Shown here piece after piece: positions 51,801-64,000 of a DNA stretch of 64,000 bases. The notes beneath the pieces were generated by a model. That model was given only the letters and a program-made list of their open reading frames with translations, was not told where the DNA came from and searched no databases. The stretch's first letter is position 1. Each line of letters starts with the position of its first letter. Source of the DNA: Geosiphon pyriformis uo1. Taxonomy: Eukaryota > Fungi > Glomeromycota. Made by a program: the position numbers and the translations under genes. The stretch is taken from contig JAAOMT010000741.1 in NCBI GenBank assembly GCA_016748015.1, forward strand, positions 186,001-250,000, in the 5' to 3' direction.

Positions 51801-54200
51801 ATATAAATAACTTGAATTTATTAATACAATATGTTTATTTTAATAAAATATTAAAAATTAATAATTAAATCAAACTTATCTGGATTTTTTAGTTGATAAA
51901 AGCCCAAACAAAAATTTCTGCTATATAAAACATTTTGAATATTGTAAAATGTTTTGTGCATTTAATCTTAATTATTTTTCAGTTAAAACACATGTTTTTG
52001 ATTAAATAGCATATAATTTAGTTGAGTATAATATGACAATACTTTCTTAAAAACTTGCTATAATAATATTACCAATTAATAAATATGGTTCTTATCTTAA
52101 TTTTTAAGACTAAGTAATTAATTTAGAGCTTATAATAAAAACTTTTACAATATTAAAAAAGTCTTGTTTATTCTTTGAAAATAAAATTTTATCTTTGAAA
52201 AAACAGTTATAATACAATATACTAATAAAAAAAATACCAATAAATCTGTATCTTGGCAATAATTAAAGAATTATATCAAAATATGTTAATATTTTTTTAA
52301 TATCAAAAAATATAAAAACATTTTCTGTTGCTTATCTAAACAATATAAAAAAACAATGGGTTTTTTTTATCTATAACAAAAGAAAAAAACTGTCATTATT
52401 TAAATCTACTTTATATATTAGAGTATTATAACAAAATAAAAATATCTGAATATAATGTTAACTGCTTTTTAATTATAAGCAATTATATTTATCTCTATTA
52501 TTTTATTTATAATACATATTTTTTAATACTTTAATTAGTTGTATTATATAAAAAAAATTAACATCTAAGACAATAAAAATAACTAATTAAACAAAAGTAA
52601 TCTACTAATTTAATTAATAATTTTTCTATTAATTCTAAACAAGTATTAGTCTTATAAAGTTATAAAGTATTTTCAAAAAAAAATAAAAAAATAACTAAAT
52701 TTTTTATAATTTAAAGCCTTAAAAAGTTTATAATTAAAAATAAAAAAAAAATTATAATTTAATATATAAATTAGATTGTATTTTTATATTCTAATTGATT
52801 AATAAATCATATATTATTTAAAATTGTAAAATTTTGATATTTTTATATTTTAATTGGCTAATAAAAATCCAAAATCACATGTTATATAAAATTATATAAG
52901 ACATGAAATTTCGAAATTTTTTTTTTCTTTTTTTATAATAATATAATTTTTTAATTATATTTTTAATTAACAAAAAATATTTGAATATTTATAAAAATTT
53001 TTAAAATAAACTATAAAAATAAATTTATTATTAAAAGCTAAAAACATATTTTTAATTTTATAATTAATAAAAATTATCACAATTTTATTATTATTTAAAC
53101 AAAAAAATTACTTATAATATTTACATTTTTTATTTTTTTAATTTGTATTATTAAAATTAATTTTAAAAACTATTTGTTTATTTTTATAATTTATTAAATA
53201 AAAACACAATTAAAAACACAATAAAATTTGTTATTAATTTTAAAAATTGTTAAGTAAAACATAAAATAATATTAGTAATACTATTTTATTAACAATTATG
53301 AATTATTTTTTTATTTTTAAATTACAAAAAAAAATTAATAATTATATTATTTTAAGTATTATTAAAAAACTAAAAAATTGATATTAAAAATAAAAATTTC
53401 TATTTATATAAATAACTTAATTAAAAATTCTAGTTTAAATAATATAATAAAAAATAATATTACATATTTTAAAAATATAAAATTAGATTTAAACATAAAT
53501 ATATATAATTTAATATTTTTAATACTTGCTAAAATACATGTTATAACTTTTATTTAAATATAGTATTGGTTTTTACTTATAATTAATATGTATAAATTAA
53601 AATTATTTAATATTAAATTGAACTTTTAAAATAAATATTAAATAAATAATATTTGTTTTTGTTATAAATTAAAAATAAATAAATAAATAAATAAATATGA
53701 TAACAAATATTGTTTTTAATTTTGGATTTTTGTTGTAATTAAACATTCAGAAAAAATACTTAAAGACTTTAAATAATTTAAATATATTAAACAATATTAA
53801 ATATTTTATAAGAAAAATTTATAATATTGTTAACTATGCTTAATAAAAAACTAAATCTGAAATTAAATATGCTAATATATTTTTGATTTTAAATATAAAT
53901 TAAGTAAAAACAGCTTAATATAACATTTAGATTTTTATATTAAATTTGGTTTTATTAACAAAACTATTTTTAAAAAGTTATTAATTATAATTAAAAAAAT
54001 TACTATAATTTATTATACTTAATCTTTTGGTATTTTTTGATTATAAAAAATTTTTTGTTGTATAATCAATATTTTGAAAAGTTGTAACCAATTTAAAATC
54101 CAATTTACATATTATAATTTATTGATAAACATTATAATTTGAAGAAATTATATTCTTGAAAAAATTTGCATCAAAAATAGTTTTTTAGTCAATTTGTTTC
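48850..54200. other. Extremely AT-rich, CpG-poor block of relic repeats
   Basis: Almost no CpG and no ORFs >60 aa; contains the solo LTR and unidentifiable relics. Confidence 0.75.
50193..50962 (-). mobile_element. Solo LTR, same family as the 24172/28048 LTRs
   Basis: TGTTA...TAACA ends and exact 4-bp TSD CTAT. Aligns with the two LTRs over about 630 bp; the other end diverges. Confidence 0.8.
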
Positions 54201-54289
54201 TTATTTTAGAAATAAAAGGATAAAAGTTCCATAATTTTTTCGAAATATCTAATTTTACTTTCCAACCGCTAGAGAATCTAAAAGCCAAG

Positions 54290-56313
54290 ATGACTCCCGG
54301 TGCATCTACTTTTTCAGAGCCAATTGTGACTGAGGAAAATGTAATTTCAAAAAAAAACATTCTCAAGCCACCAGTAAAACCTAATGAAGAAGCTTATCTA
54401 AAGTCTTTGGGCGAGATAAAAGACACTATTGATAAGTTGCAAGAGGAAATGGTAAGTCTTCCCTCGACTAAAACAAATCAAAATGGTATCGGATATAAAT
54501 CATTAAGGCCACAATCTACCTTTAAAAAATCAATTGAGGAAGAACCTTTCAAAAAACTTATTCCAGGAATTCTTTGTTTAAGACTTGTCCCCATGGCTTC
54601 AGTTCATTTTTCTTCATTTATTGTCATGGTTATATAAATGTCTGTTAAATTATTTACTTTGGAAAGCATCAAACCTAACCCTCTAACACCAAATCATTAG
54701 AGGTTGAGGTCTATAGATTACTTCGTATTAAATATTTACATATTAATTTCTTTCCTGATTTCGCAGGCTTTATTAACCGAGAAAATCAACAACGTAGAAA
54801 TTAGTGGTCCTGCCGCGTTAAAAAGAGACGAACTCCGCGCCCGATTAGATATAATACGTGGTAAGCAAGCCGAGATTAAACAAAGTCGGTCAAAAATCTG
54901 GGAACAGCTCAAGACCATGAATGAGTCTTTGCAAAAAAAAGTAAGTCGCAATCAAATTCAAAAAGTTTCATGGTGTAAAAAATTAAAATTTATTTTTTAG
55001 AAGCGTGATTTGAGGTTCAGCAAAGATAAACTCCAATTCAAGACAACCAAAGAGATAGATGCTCAAATATCGTATGTACTATCATCTCTGCCTCAATAAA
55101 ATTTAATCAATTACTTTCACATTAAATAAATATCCAAATTGGCAGAAAACTAGACAGACAGATTGAATCAGGCAGTTTGAAGATAATTGATGAAAGGAGA
55201 ATTATCGCCGAAATTTCTACCCTTAACAAATCCAAAAAAACAGTTGAAGCATTCGAGTTACACCAAGATGCAATTGAGAATGATCAAAAGGCTATCGATG
55301 ATATCAAAAGTACTCTTGACGATGGTGACTTGAAAAAGTATAACTTAGAATACGATGAAATTAAGGCTCAGCTTGATGAAATCAATCAAGGTCAGGCTGA
55401 ACATCGCGCAAAGCGTGACGAACTCTTTGGCGAAAAAAAAAGATTGCGAGATCTGATTAATACGGAGATCACCAAACGGCGCACTCTTCAAGAGGAATTT
55501 ACAAAGGCTAAGAATGACCATCGTCAATGGCAAGATGAAGAACGTCGACGTAAATGGGAAATGCAGAAAGAAAAGCAGGAGCAATATGTAGCACAGCAAC
55601 GGGCTGATGTCGCTGCCCAGATTCGCGAAGAGGCTGCAATTCCGGCTTTTCAAGATGAGATTGTTACTTGTGAAACCCTCCTTCATTATTTTCAAAGCCT
55701 TCAAGGGAACGGGAAGATAACTGAACAGATCCCTAATCCTTCCTCCGCAAACTTGAACCTTCGAGAACCAGATATTTCTTCAAATATTCCTAAGGGGATG
55801 ATGTTGACCAAGAAGTCGGATCGCAAAGAGGATTATTTTGTAGGGGGAAAATATAGTAGTAAAAAAAATAAATCAGCTAAAGACAAGAAACCTGGAAAAA
55901 CAAATGGATTCCATCATGATATTTTGAGACAATTGACATCTGTAAAAGTTGCAATTCCTACAAACTTATCCGAAGTGGAGAAAACCATAGTAGAACTTAC
56001 TGAAAAAAGAGCCTATTATATAGAAAATCAGTCTAAAATAACAAAAGAGAATGTTGAAAAAGCTGAAGCCCACATCGCGGCATTGGAAACCCGAACTCAC
56101 GATCGCAGAACGACTGAACATCGACCGCGCAATAGGCATTTTAAAAATGCTGAAGCTGAGGAATTTATTCCTGATTCGCCAAATGTCTCCAAAAACGAGG
56201 TCGGACATGTAGAAACTATGGACCTTGACACTGACCAATCCAACAATACTGCCAACATCATCAATACCACTACTATTCTCTCGACCAATATTGAAATCCA
56301 AGAAATTGAATGA
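54290..56313 (+). CDS. BFR1: Bfr1-like coiled-coil (nuclear segregation/mRNP) protein; 4 exons
   Basis: PVKPNEEAY, LQFKTTKEIDAQI|.LDRQIESGSLKIIDERRIIAEISTLNKSKK, PAFQDEIVTCETLLHYF, EDYFVGGK, ENQSKITKENVEKAE. Confidence 0.82.
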
Positions 56314-56543
56314 AAAATATATTCATCCCTTCATTATTCTAAGTATAGCCAAATTTTTTGACGAGATAGACGTCTGTGAACAATTTTCTAAATAAATAGA
56401 AGATTCTCAGGAAACAATCTTTACATGAATTAATTTAGTTTTATTATTTATTGATAATCCTTTTACACTTTTAAAATCAAAAATATCAATGACAAAAATT
56501 AGAGTAAAATTAATACAAATATATTTTCTGATATCTTTATGAA

Positions 56544-58393
56544 TTACATTCCTTCTTCTCGGCTAAAAACCCATTGCACCGCTTCTAAAACATGCTGTGC
56601 CACGAAATCTGCGGGAAATCGATCATCATTCTCTTTACCTTGAAAGACACCAGTTCTTACCAAGATTGAAGTCCAGTTATGAGCATTAGCTCCTGCTATA
56701 TCTGAATTGAAGAATGAAAGTTTTTTTTCATTCAAGATAAAATTAATAATTGAAAATAATTGACCCACCTGCTGCAGGATTGTCTCCGATGGCTAGAATA
56801 AAATATATATTAGCTAAGGACTCTTCTAAGCTATACTTTATTCAAAAAGCCTAGTTTTTAAATGACATCCATACCATATGTGTGACGTTGTAAAGCCCGA
56901 TCTTTCAAAGTTTCAAAGGCCCAATTTTCAAGTATTTGTTCGGCGTAGCGATACGTCGGCGTCTCAGGTTTTCCAAATAACTCATACTTAAGTTTCCGAC
57001 CGGTCATCTCCTAAGTCATGAATTGTTTGTTGAAAGGAAAATTAAGAATCTAATGCTATTTGCCAATTTCTTCATACAGTAATACTCACTTCAAACAATA
57101 CCTCCAAAGCCTTCCTAAACGCCCCTTGTCCGAATCGGGGAATCGGAAAGTCATTTGACCAAATCTATATAATAATTATACAAAATGTCTAAAATTATCT
57201 TGTGCCATAATATATGTATTAACTACGACTTACAAAATCCGGATTTGAGAAATAAACAGGCATTTGATGCAAATTTTCTTCCAATCCATGAGCCAACGTT
57301 CCAATATACCCATCCTTTGAGCGTAATAAATCCGTTATAATTTGCACGTCACGACCCCCTTGAAGAAGTTGCAGAAAAACAAAATTATGAGCAAAAAACT
57401 TGAGAGTTCCATTGAGTATTAAAATACTTACAATTCCATGAATCATGGAACATCATTATAGCTTGAATGGGTTCTTTCAAGAAATCGTGTTTCTTCAAGG
57501 TCGATTATAAGAAAGAATTCTGAAAATAAAACCATGGAAAACTTTTTGATAAAAGAACTAACCACGGTTCTTTTAGTTTGATGATCAATTTTTCTATGCG
57601 GCCATATGCTTGGTGAATAGGTCGTAATATCAAGGGGGGTGACAACTTTTTTGAACCCGTAACTTGAATGATACCAAAAATTGAATCAAATTTTCTGATT
57701 AAAAATAGATGGAAACATTGAGCAATTCAAAAGAACTCCATAACCTTTCCGCAACTTCTCGACAGGAATCACCACCCCCACCCACTATTAAAACCATGGA
57801 ATTTTCATATTTTGGAACTAAGGATCTCATGGGAGAATGTGACAAAACAAGTTGTTGTGAGGATATCTATGAAACATATTTGAGTGATATTAGGGGTCTT
57901 GAAATGATCTATTGAGATTTTGCTGCTCACCGGGAATTCCAAGAGTTTACTTAATTCCACTGCTTTTCGGACTTCTGTCGTACCACCACCATTTGTAAGT
58001 AGAATAAAAGGAATCTTTCTTTGGTAAAATCGGTATAGCAAAGATAAAACCGCGTTTAACTGCTCTTTACTGAAGCTGATGCAGAAAAACTTTTGGGTCT
58101 TGTATTAAAATGCCCTTACTTCTGTAAAGGATTTTCACCGCTCAGAAAGCTTAATGCTTCTCTCGTCTCGGGTAATACTTTTTTCCCCTTAAAAAATGAG
58201 AATAATTAAAGCCTAGTTATCTAAAAAAATTTGTGAAAAGGCATTTTGCTCTTTGTTAAACTGTTACCTTAATTAAGACACCATCGATATCAAAACAAAC
58301 GCCGTAATGACAGGTATGTGTTGAGTAAGGACGCTTAAAAACTTTGAAATTCAAGCGAGCATACACTCCCGAAACAGCGCCTCTAGGCAACAT
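56544..58393 (-). CDS. HAD-superfamily class IIA hydrolase (HDHD5/CECR5, YKR070W-like); multi-exon
   Basis: FDIDGVLIK, IPFILLTNGGG, VLSHSPM, DVQIITDLL, VYFSNPDF, PRFGQGAF, FGKPETPTY, IGDNPAA|DIAGAN, SILVRTGVF; presequence-like N-terminus. Confidence 0.9.
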
Positions 58394-58715
58394 AGGAAAT
58401 AATCCGTTGACAACTATAATTCAAGAGTTCAAAACGAGAAAGGGCAATTCAAAAAATCCTTTAGAACTGATAACCTAATGTTGCCATCAGTTTGGTATTG
58501 TAACCAAATGATTTATCAAAATTTCTTTGGAGACGACAGATTGCACATCTGCTGCTATTTGTATTTATAAAAGCTGCATTCTAAAAATAAATGTACAATG
58601 AACCAATCCCATCTAAAAGTGTTCTTAAAATTAAACTCAGTACGGTTCTTGGCTCTTCACATTGGTTCGAAAAAAAAGAAAAGAATAAATAAAAAGAGTT
58701 GGCTGGTCAAAGTCA

Positions 58716-61700
58716 TTAATCCAATGCTTCTACCAATAGTGGTTGGGAATCAAAATACATCGCCCGCGATACGATATCTTCGCAGTGATAAAGAAATTGG
58801 AAATCACCACGTGAGAAGAAACACACTGGCAGTATGTAAGTTGTTGAAGATTTTGGTTCAATCTAAAAAAAAATGAATATTCAAATTTCTGAGCTAGAAA
58901 ATCACTCTGAGCAGAAACTGATCTCACCTTGGGCAAAGGTGTTTGTAATAATCCATTCCAAACCATACGGCCTGATAGATCACATTCCATCAAACCATCA
59001 CTATAACTTTGAACTGGCTGAATTCGGATACAGAGCTTTATAGGTTTTTCTAATATTCAAAAAATTTCAATTTATGAAAGGATATTGGAGTTTTGAAAAA
59101 GAATTTTTTTACTAACCTTGTCGGTTAAAAACAACAAATCGAATAGGAATGAATTCATTCACAGGACATTTAAATCGATTGAGTGCTAATTTTACAACCT
59201 TTGAAGTTTCTCTTATCTCCACAAAGAATGAAACCTCGTTGATCCGAAGTATGTTCAACATGGATTTGTTGAGACGAAGGGAACGTATATCAACCGTACC
59301 CTCTCTATGACTTATCGGCTATGAAAATATTTTATCAAGGTAATACATAGGGCTTTTGGATTGAATACTGCATTATTATAAGAATGAAAAAATAAGGATA
59401 CGCATCTCCATGTGGTGGTAAGTTTCTTGAGCAAATTTTCTCGATACCAGAATAAAGCGAGATGTAGCCTTTCTTGCTCTATCGTCGTTTTAGGTCCCTT
59501 AGACACAACGAATTGCTTGTCGAATAAAGAAGGGATAGGTTTCGTAGCGTCACTTTCGTTGAGCGCTATTCGCTTGATAGGAAGAACAATCCTGTAGATA
59601 TTGATGAAGATTGAATTTCAGGAAACAGCAATAATTTAGACCCATTTATCATAAATTTGTGTTTGAAGAATGAAGTTACCGAGCTGTTGACGAAGGTTCT
59701 ACCGTTGTCGATATTTTTACATAATTAGGTGATTCCACTTTTTAAAAAAATAGAAAGAAAAAAATAATTAATTGAGGCGAGAAAGTCATGAAATATTAAA
59801 TGATAAAAGAAATAAAACCTTCATCAACAGAATAAGTTACTTCGAACGGTATATGCCAAACATTTCGAATATCAAAGGTAAGGAGACAATATTCGTTTTC
59901 TAATTTGGATACTGATTTCTCACTGAACCTGCTAATTTTGAGCAATTCTTCGACTTGTTTCCTATGATCGATTACATTAATGTAGCCATTGCCATTTTGC
60001 AGAGACCCACTCCCAGCAATTGGTTTGAAATTAAGAACGTCCATAGCTAACGGCTCAAGATGTTGATGGACAGTAAGAAGAATAGGGTAGAAAACTTGTC
60101 GCGTGAAGAAAATATCCTTAGGCGGAGAGTCAGGCCTATCAAGATAGCCATAATCAATTTGAATAGTACCGTATGTGCTATAGAAACGAGAATGAGGTGT
60201 TAATAGAATAAAATATGATATCAAATTGTCTTTGTGAAATTTTCTTATTCTCAAATAAATATTTACCAGCCACGTTTACCAAAAAGTTTAACATTCAAAA
60301 TCTGCTCATTTCCGGGTAGTAGGTTGATTTTACGCTCCATTTGATCCCAGGAGAAAACAGGCTGTCGGTGGGCATATAATTCCATTTCATAAGCCTCTTC
60401 TGCGGGAATATCGGCTGAATTAAGGATAGCTTGAGCATTGGCAAGTGTGGAATCGTGGAAAGAAAGCGTAATAAAATTCACAGGAATTTTGCCAATATTT
60501 TCTAGTTTGATAGTCATTTCTGTTCTTTTTTATGAATCGAATCTGTAGTTAGAAAATTCACTAAGCAAATAGGATCAAATACTATATATTTGTAAACCAG
60601 TAATTTATATGACAACATACTTTTCTCCTTCAAAAAGCATAACTGCTCCATGCATCAACGACGTGGATTTTATTTTTAGTAATGGCTGATCATCAATAAC
60701 ATCAACCTTCAAAAAATCCATATATTGATTTTGTGCCACTGATGTAGCCGCTGTCGATATTGAAGATGTACTGCCTTGGGAATCCACTATGTTTTAATGG
60801 AAATTTAATCTAACCATTTGTTGAATCGAAAAAAGTTAAAGTATAATTTAAAAAATAAATACCTCGGCGATGTCGATCAATTACAGCCAATCCACTAGAC
60901 TTTGGTATGAGTAACTATTTTGATAATAAAAATTGAATAGCAAAATTTTTTGAAAAAATAGCCCACCTTTTCTTAATCCTTTTACTAAGTTCTTCATCTT
61001 TCTCCTTTCTTTTGATTTCATCTTCTTTCGGAGGTAGAAACACACAAAATTCTTGCTCAAGACAACCATAAACCTTTATCTTACAACCTCTTATTATCAG
61101 TCCTCCGGCTTCTTTTGGGATGCCAGATAATCTTAAAGGTATGGATGTATTTGCTGGTATAGACGTAGGAACTATATTGGGTTTAAAAGCAATTCCACTT
61201 GTACTAAAAAAAATTTCCAGATATAGTAAATATAATGAAATAGAAATTTTGACTACCAAAGAAATATTTGGATACCTTATGGATATACTTTGAATGTCTA
61301 AATCGACAGCAAAAGGATTAGCTAAAGTAACCATGAAATACGCAGTTTCGTTGGCAACAAGATGGGTCTGCAAGAAAGTCAAGAGGTAACGCCTGATGTA
61401 TAATTGAATCAAAAAATTGTATATTGCGGCGGCAAATAGATGCCTTGAATAAAAAGCATTATAGTTTACCTGCACAGTTTCAACAGTTTTCTTGCTAAAT
61501 GGATTGTAAATAAATGGACCATCGTTGCTTTCAACTTGTTCATCCGCCATTTTCATAGTAAATAATTTACTAGAGTGTGGATAGGGAACTTTGCGCAATG
61601 TTGGGCTAGGATGATTATAAGAGATTATTAGCATAAATAAAAAGAATGGTTTCAATATTGATGGTAAGTTGATCAAATTTCCAAACATACCGACAAACTT

Positions 61701-64000
61701 CGATCGCACGAACAAGATTCATACCCCAATACTTTACGTCCATATCAAAACCTTGTTTTTTTGCCAAAGAAACCAAGCGGGGCAGTGATATAGACAAGCG
61801 ATGCTGCTCTTCTTTTGGCAAATGTAAAAAGAGTCTACGTAAAAGTCTAGTGGTATACTTAATGGCAGATGATATATCTTTTCATATTCCAAAAACCCCC
61901 CTGAAAAAGATTAATAATCAAAAGCAAACCTTAAGAAAATTTTCTGAATATTGAATCTTACAAACCAGGCAAAGCCTCAGTTAATGATATTGCATCTTTC
62001 ATAACATCGATTTGAATCGCTGGCCATCCAAAGTTTAGTAGTGGGTCATCATCAAGTATAGGACCTATATCTGGTTTATCTATTTTCGATTCATCTTTAA
62101 AAGAAGAATATTCGTGAATATAAAAAAATTAATGTTTTCGAAAAAGAACATACTACCTCCAACACCATATACATCTGTAACTTTGGCAAGACATGAGATA
62201 ATTCCAGAATCGAATTCATCAATTAACAAGTTTTGCGAAGAATTTTGAGGCTTGGCAAAAATAGGTAGAATTAATAAAACGGCTTGACGAAGGAAAAACG
62301 CGTGTTTTCGACGAAAATTGATAGTGGAAAAAATAGACGCAATTGTGGTCGTGATGTATATCTGAAAAAAAAATCCCGATATCAAAATATCTGTGAGATC
62401 AATGACAAAAAATCTCCTTGAGGCTAAACCATAAACTTGAATACCTGCTCGGTTAAAGTCATTTCTTCCACAAATGCTCCATAACCTTTCATTGCCCATT
62501 GTGAGATTTCGGTTCTCGTAACACCACTCATTTGACTCAAACCCCATTTCTTACTTGAATTTTTTTCAGAAGGGGGACCACCATGAACTATTACTTTGAG
62601 TGCATCATCTCCCCATTGACCAACAATCCATATACTGCTCAACATTTTTGCGAGCTTTAAACAGGATTCTGTATAAACCAAAGGTGGAACTTGATTATGG
62701 GCTGAGTTTGAGGTTTTAGCATAAAGCGTAATCACATTTATGTATTTTTCAGTGATATCAGTCCAAAGCGGTTTAGGACCAATGGGCGAGGAAGGACTAG
62801 AAGGTGGATTCGTATTGGGGGAAGGCGGAGCTTGAAGAACTTGCGGCTAGCAATTTTACAAGGTGTTAAATCGGATTTGAGGAGTGTTTTTTCAAAACAT
62901 ATTGAACTCACCCCAATATCAGCATGCAAATATGCTAAAAGAATCAAGGCTACGCACAGGCCTTCCAAAGCAGCAGCTTGCCATAAATAATCCGAATTAT
63001 TTCTTGTGGTATCTATTGCAATATAATAACTTTTTCGAAAAAAATATAGAATAGTTTACTGCCAATTTTTATAATATATTTCAAAAAAAATACAGTATAT
63101 ACTTTGTTACGGCATCGGGTAGCCTCCCAGACATCAAATATAAATCAGCAATTAATTTTTGAATTCTTCCAGGTGCCCTTCTTTTCAATTTTAAGTCTGC
63201 AACAGTATTAGGCACCATGGCCGCTTGATTGGCGATATTTCCCAATGTTGATCGAATTTGATAGGGATTATCCTTAGAATTAACTCCAACAGTTGTACCT
63301 CCAATGCCAACGGTAGTCATCGCCTGGGATGGAGGAGTTAACGGTATTGGAGGTGGTGATCTTAAGTCGGGAAGCGAATAAGAGTTTGCAGGTTTTGAAT
63401 ATCGTGTGGTTGATAGTGATGATGGTTGAAGGGTATTAGAATTCGAAGTTGATGAAATGGATGGGATTTTAGGGGAGTTGATAATTGTTTTTTTCTCAAT
63501 CATAGAAGCCTTGCCAAAGTAATAATTTTCCAATTTATGGATGTTTAATTATTTAATAATATGCAAGATATGAAAGAATGAAATTAAAACAGAAACCTAC
63601 CACATTTCCGAATTCTGTTAATATATTGCTAGCAAAATCACAAATCATTGTGCTCATGTAGAATCCCATATCCCCAAAATTTGGTAGCATAATGAGGCCT
63701 TTTGTATCATCTGGCTGAGTCTCAGCTGGATTAAATGCAAAACAACGGTGCGCAATAGCTGTCGGATACTGAAGCAGTTTCATATGGTGTTTTTAGTTTA
63801 ACATGTTAGACTTTTCCAAGCTCCATCTGATACCAAATTTTTACTCACATTTTTAAGTATCTCACTAAATTTGCTGAAACCATCAGGTAAATTTGAAAAC
63901 TCTTGACAATCCATTATACCAATGACCTATCATGCACAAGAGCGAACAGGTCAGGATTTCCAGTAGAAATAAAAATTGTGAATAATTTTCAAGCATGTAT
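58716..64000 (-). CDS. TRS120: TRAPPII subunit Trs120/TRAPPC9 (5' part outside window); multi-exon
   Basis: VIGIMDC, GRIQKLIADLYLMSGRLPDA, SDYLWQAAALEG, GPFIYNPF, VTLANPFAVDLDIQ, IRGCKIK, LMHGAVMLFEGE, YCLLTFDIRNVW. Confidence 0.9.
59319..59401 (-). other. U12-type (minor spliceosome) GT-AG intron in TRS120
   Basis: Donor GTATCCTT, branch-like TACCTTGAT close to the CATAG acceptor; removal gives in-frame WRC|PISHREG. Confidence 0.75.

Noticed and set aside
51000-52450. Slightly GC-richer relic that may be another transposon
   Set aside because: Too decayed to translate into any recognisable domain by eye
61204-61275. TRS120 intron starting GTATCCAA as a second U12 intron
   Set aside because: Donor deviates at +7/+8, there is no CCTTRAY branch site, and it has a normal poly-T tract; probably U2-type

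Overview
A 64-kb eukaryotic (fungal) window with intron-dense genes in islands, separated by extremely AT-rich blocks of decayed transposons (~18.0-29.3 kb, 39.5-41.9 kb, 48.8-54.2 kb). Gene content, short introns, a U12-type intron and the repeat families suggest an early-diverging fungus, probably Glomeromycotina (Geosiphon-like); this is inference. Genes in order: Ste12-like C2H2 TF (3' part), DUF829/TMEM53-like hydrolase, BAR-SH3 protein, uridine kinase, V-ATPase V0 subunits f and d (adjacent), Cla4-type PAK kinase, Aven-like protein, KIN1/MARK-like kinase, TBCK, RRP43, BFR1, HAD-IIA hydrolase and TRS120 (3' part). Mobile DNA: a full-length decayed LINE and fragments, an internally deleted Ty3/Gypsy-type LTR element with a nested solo LTR, another solo LTR, and a deleted Fanzor/TnpB remnant with a structured 3' end. 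Top leads: (1) an unannotated ~1.3-1.8 kb, extensively base-paired + strand RNA candidate downstream of STE12; (2) the Fanzor remnant with a putative omegaRNA just upstream of the PAK gene; (3) RIP-like C>T hypermutation of long repeats that spares short or gene-proximal copies. Exon boundaries and RNA pairings were read by eye.
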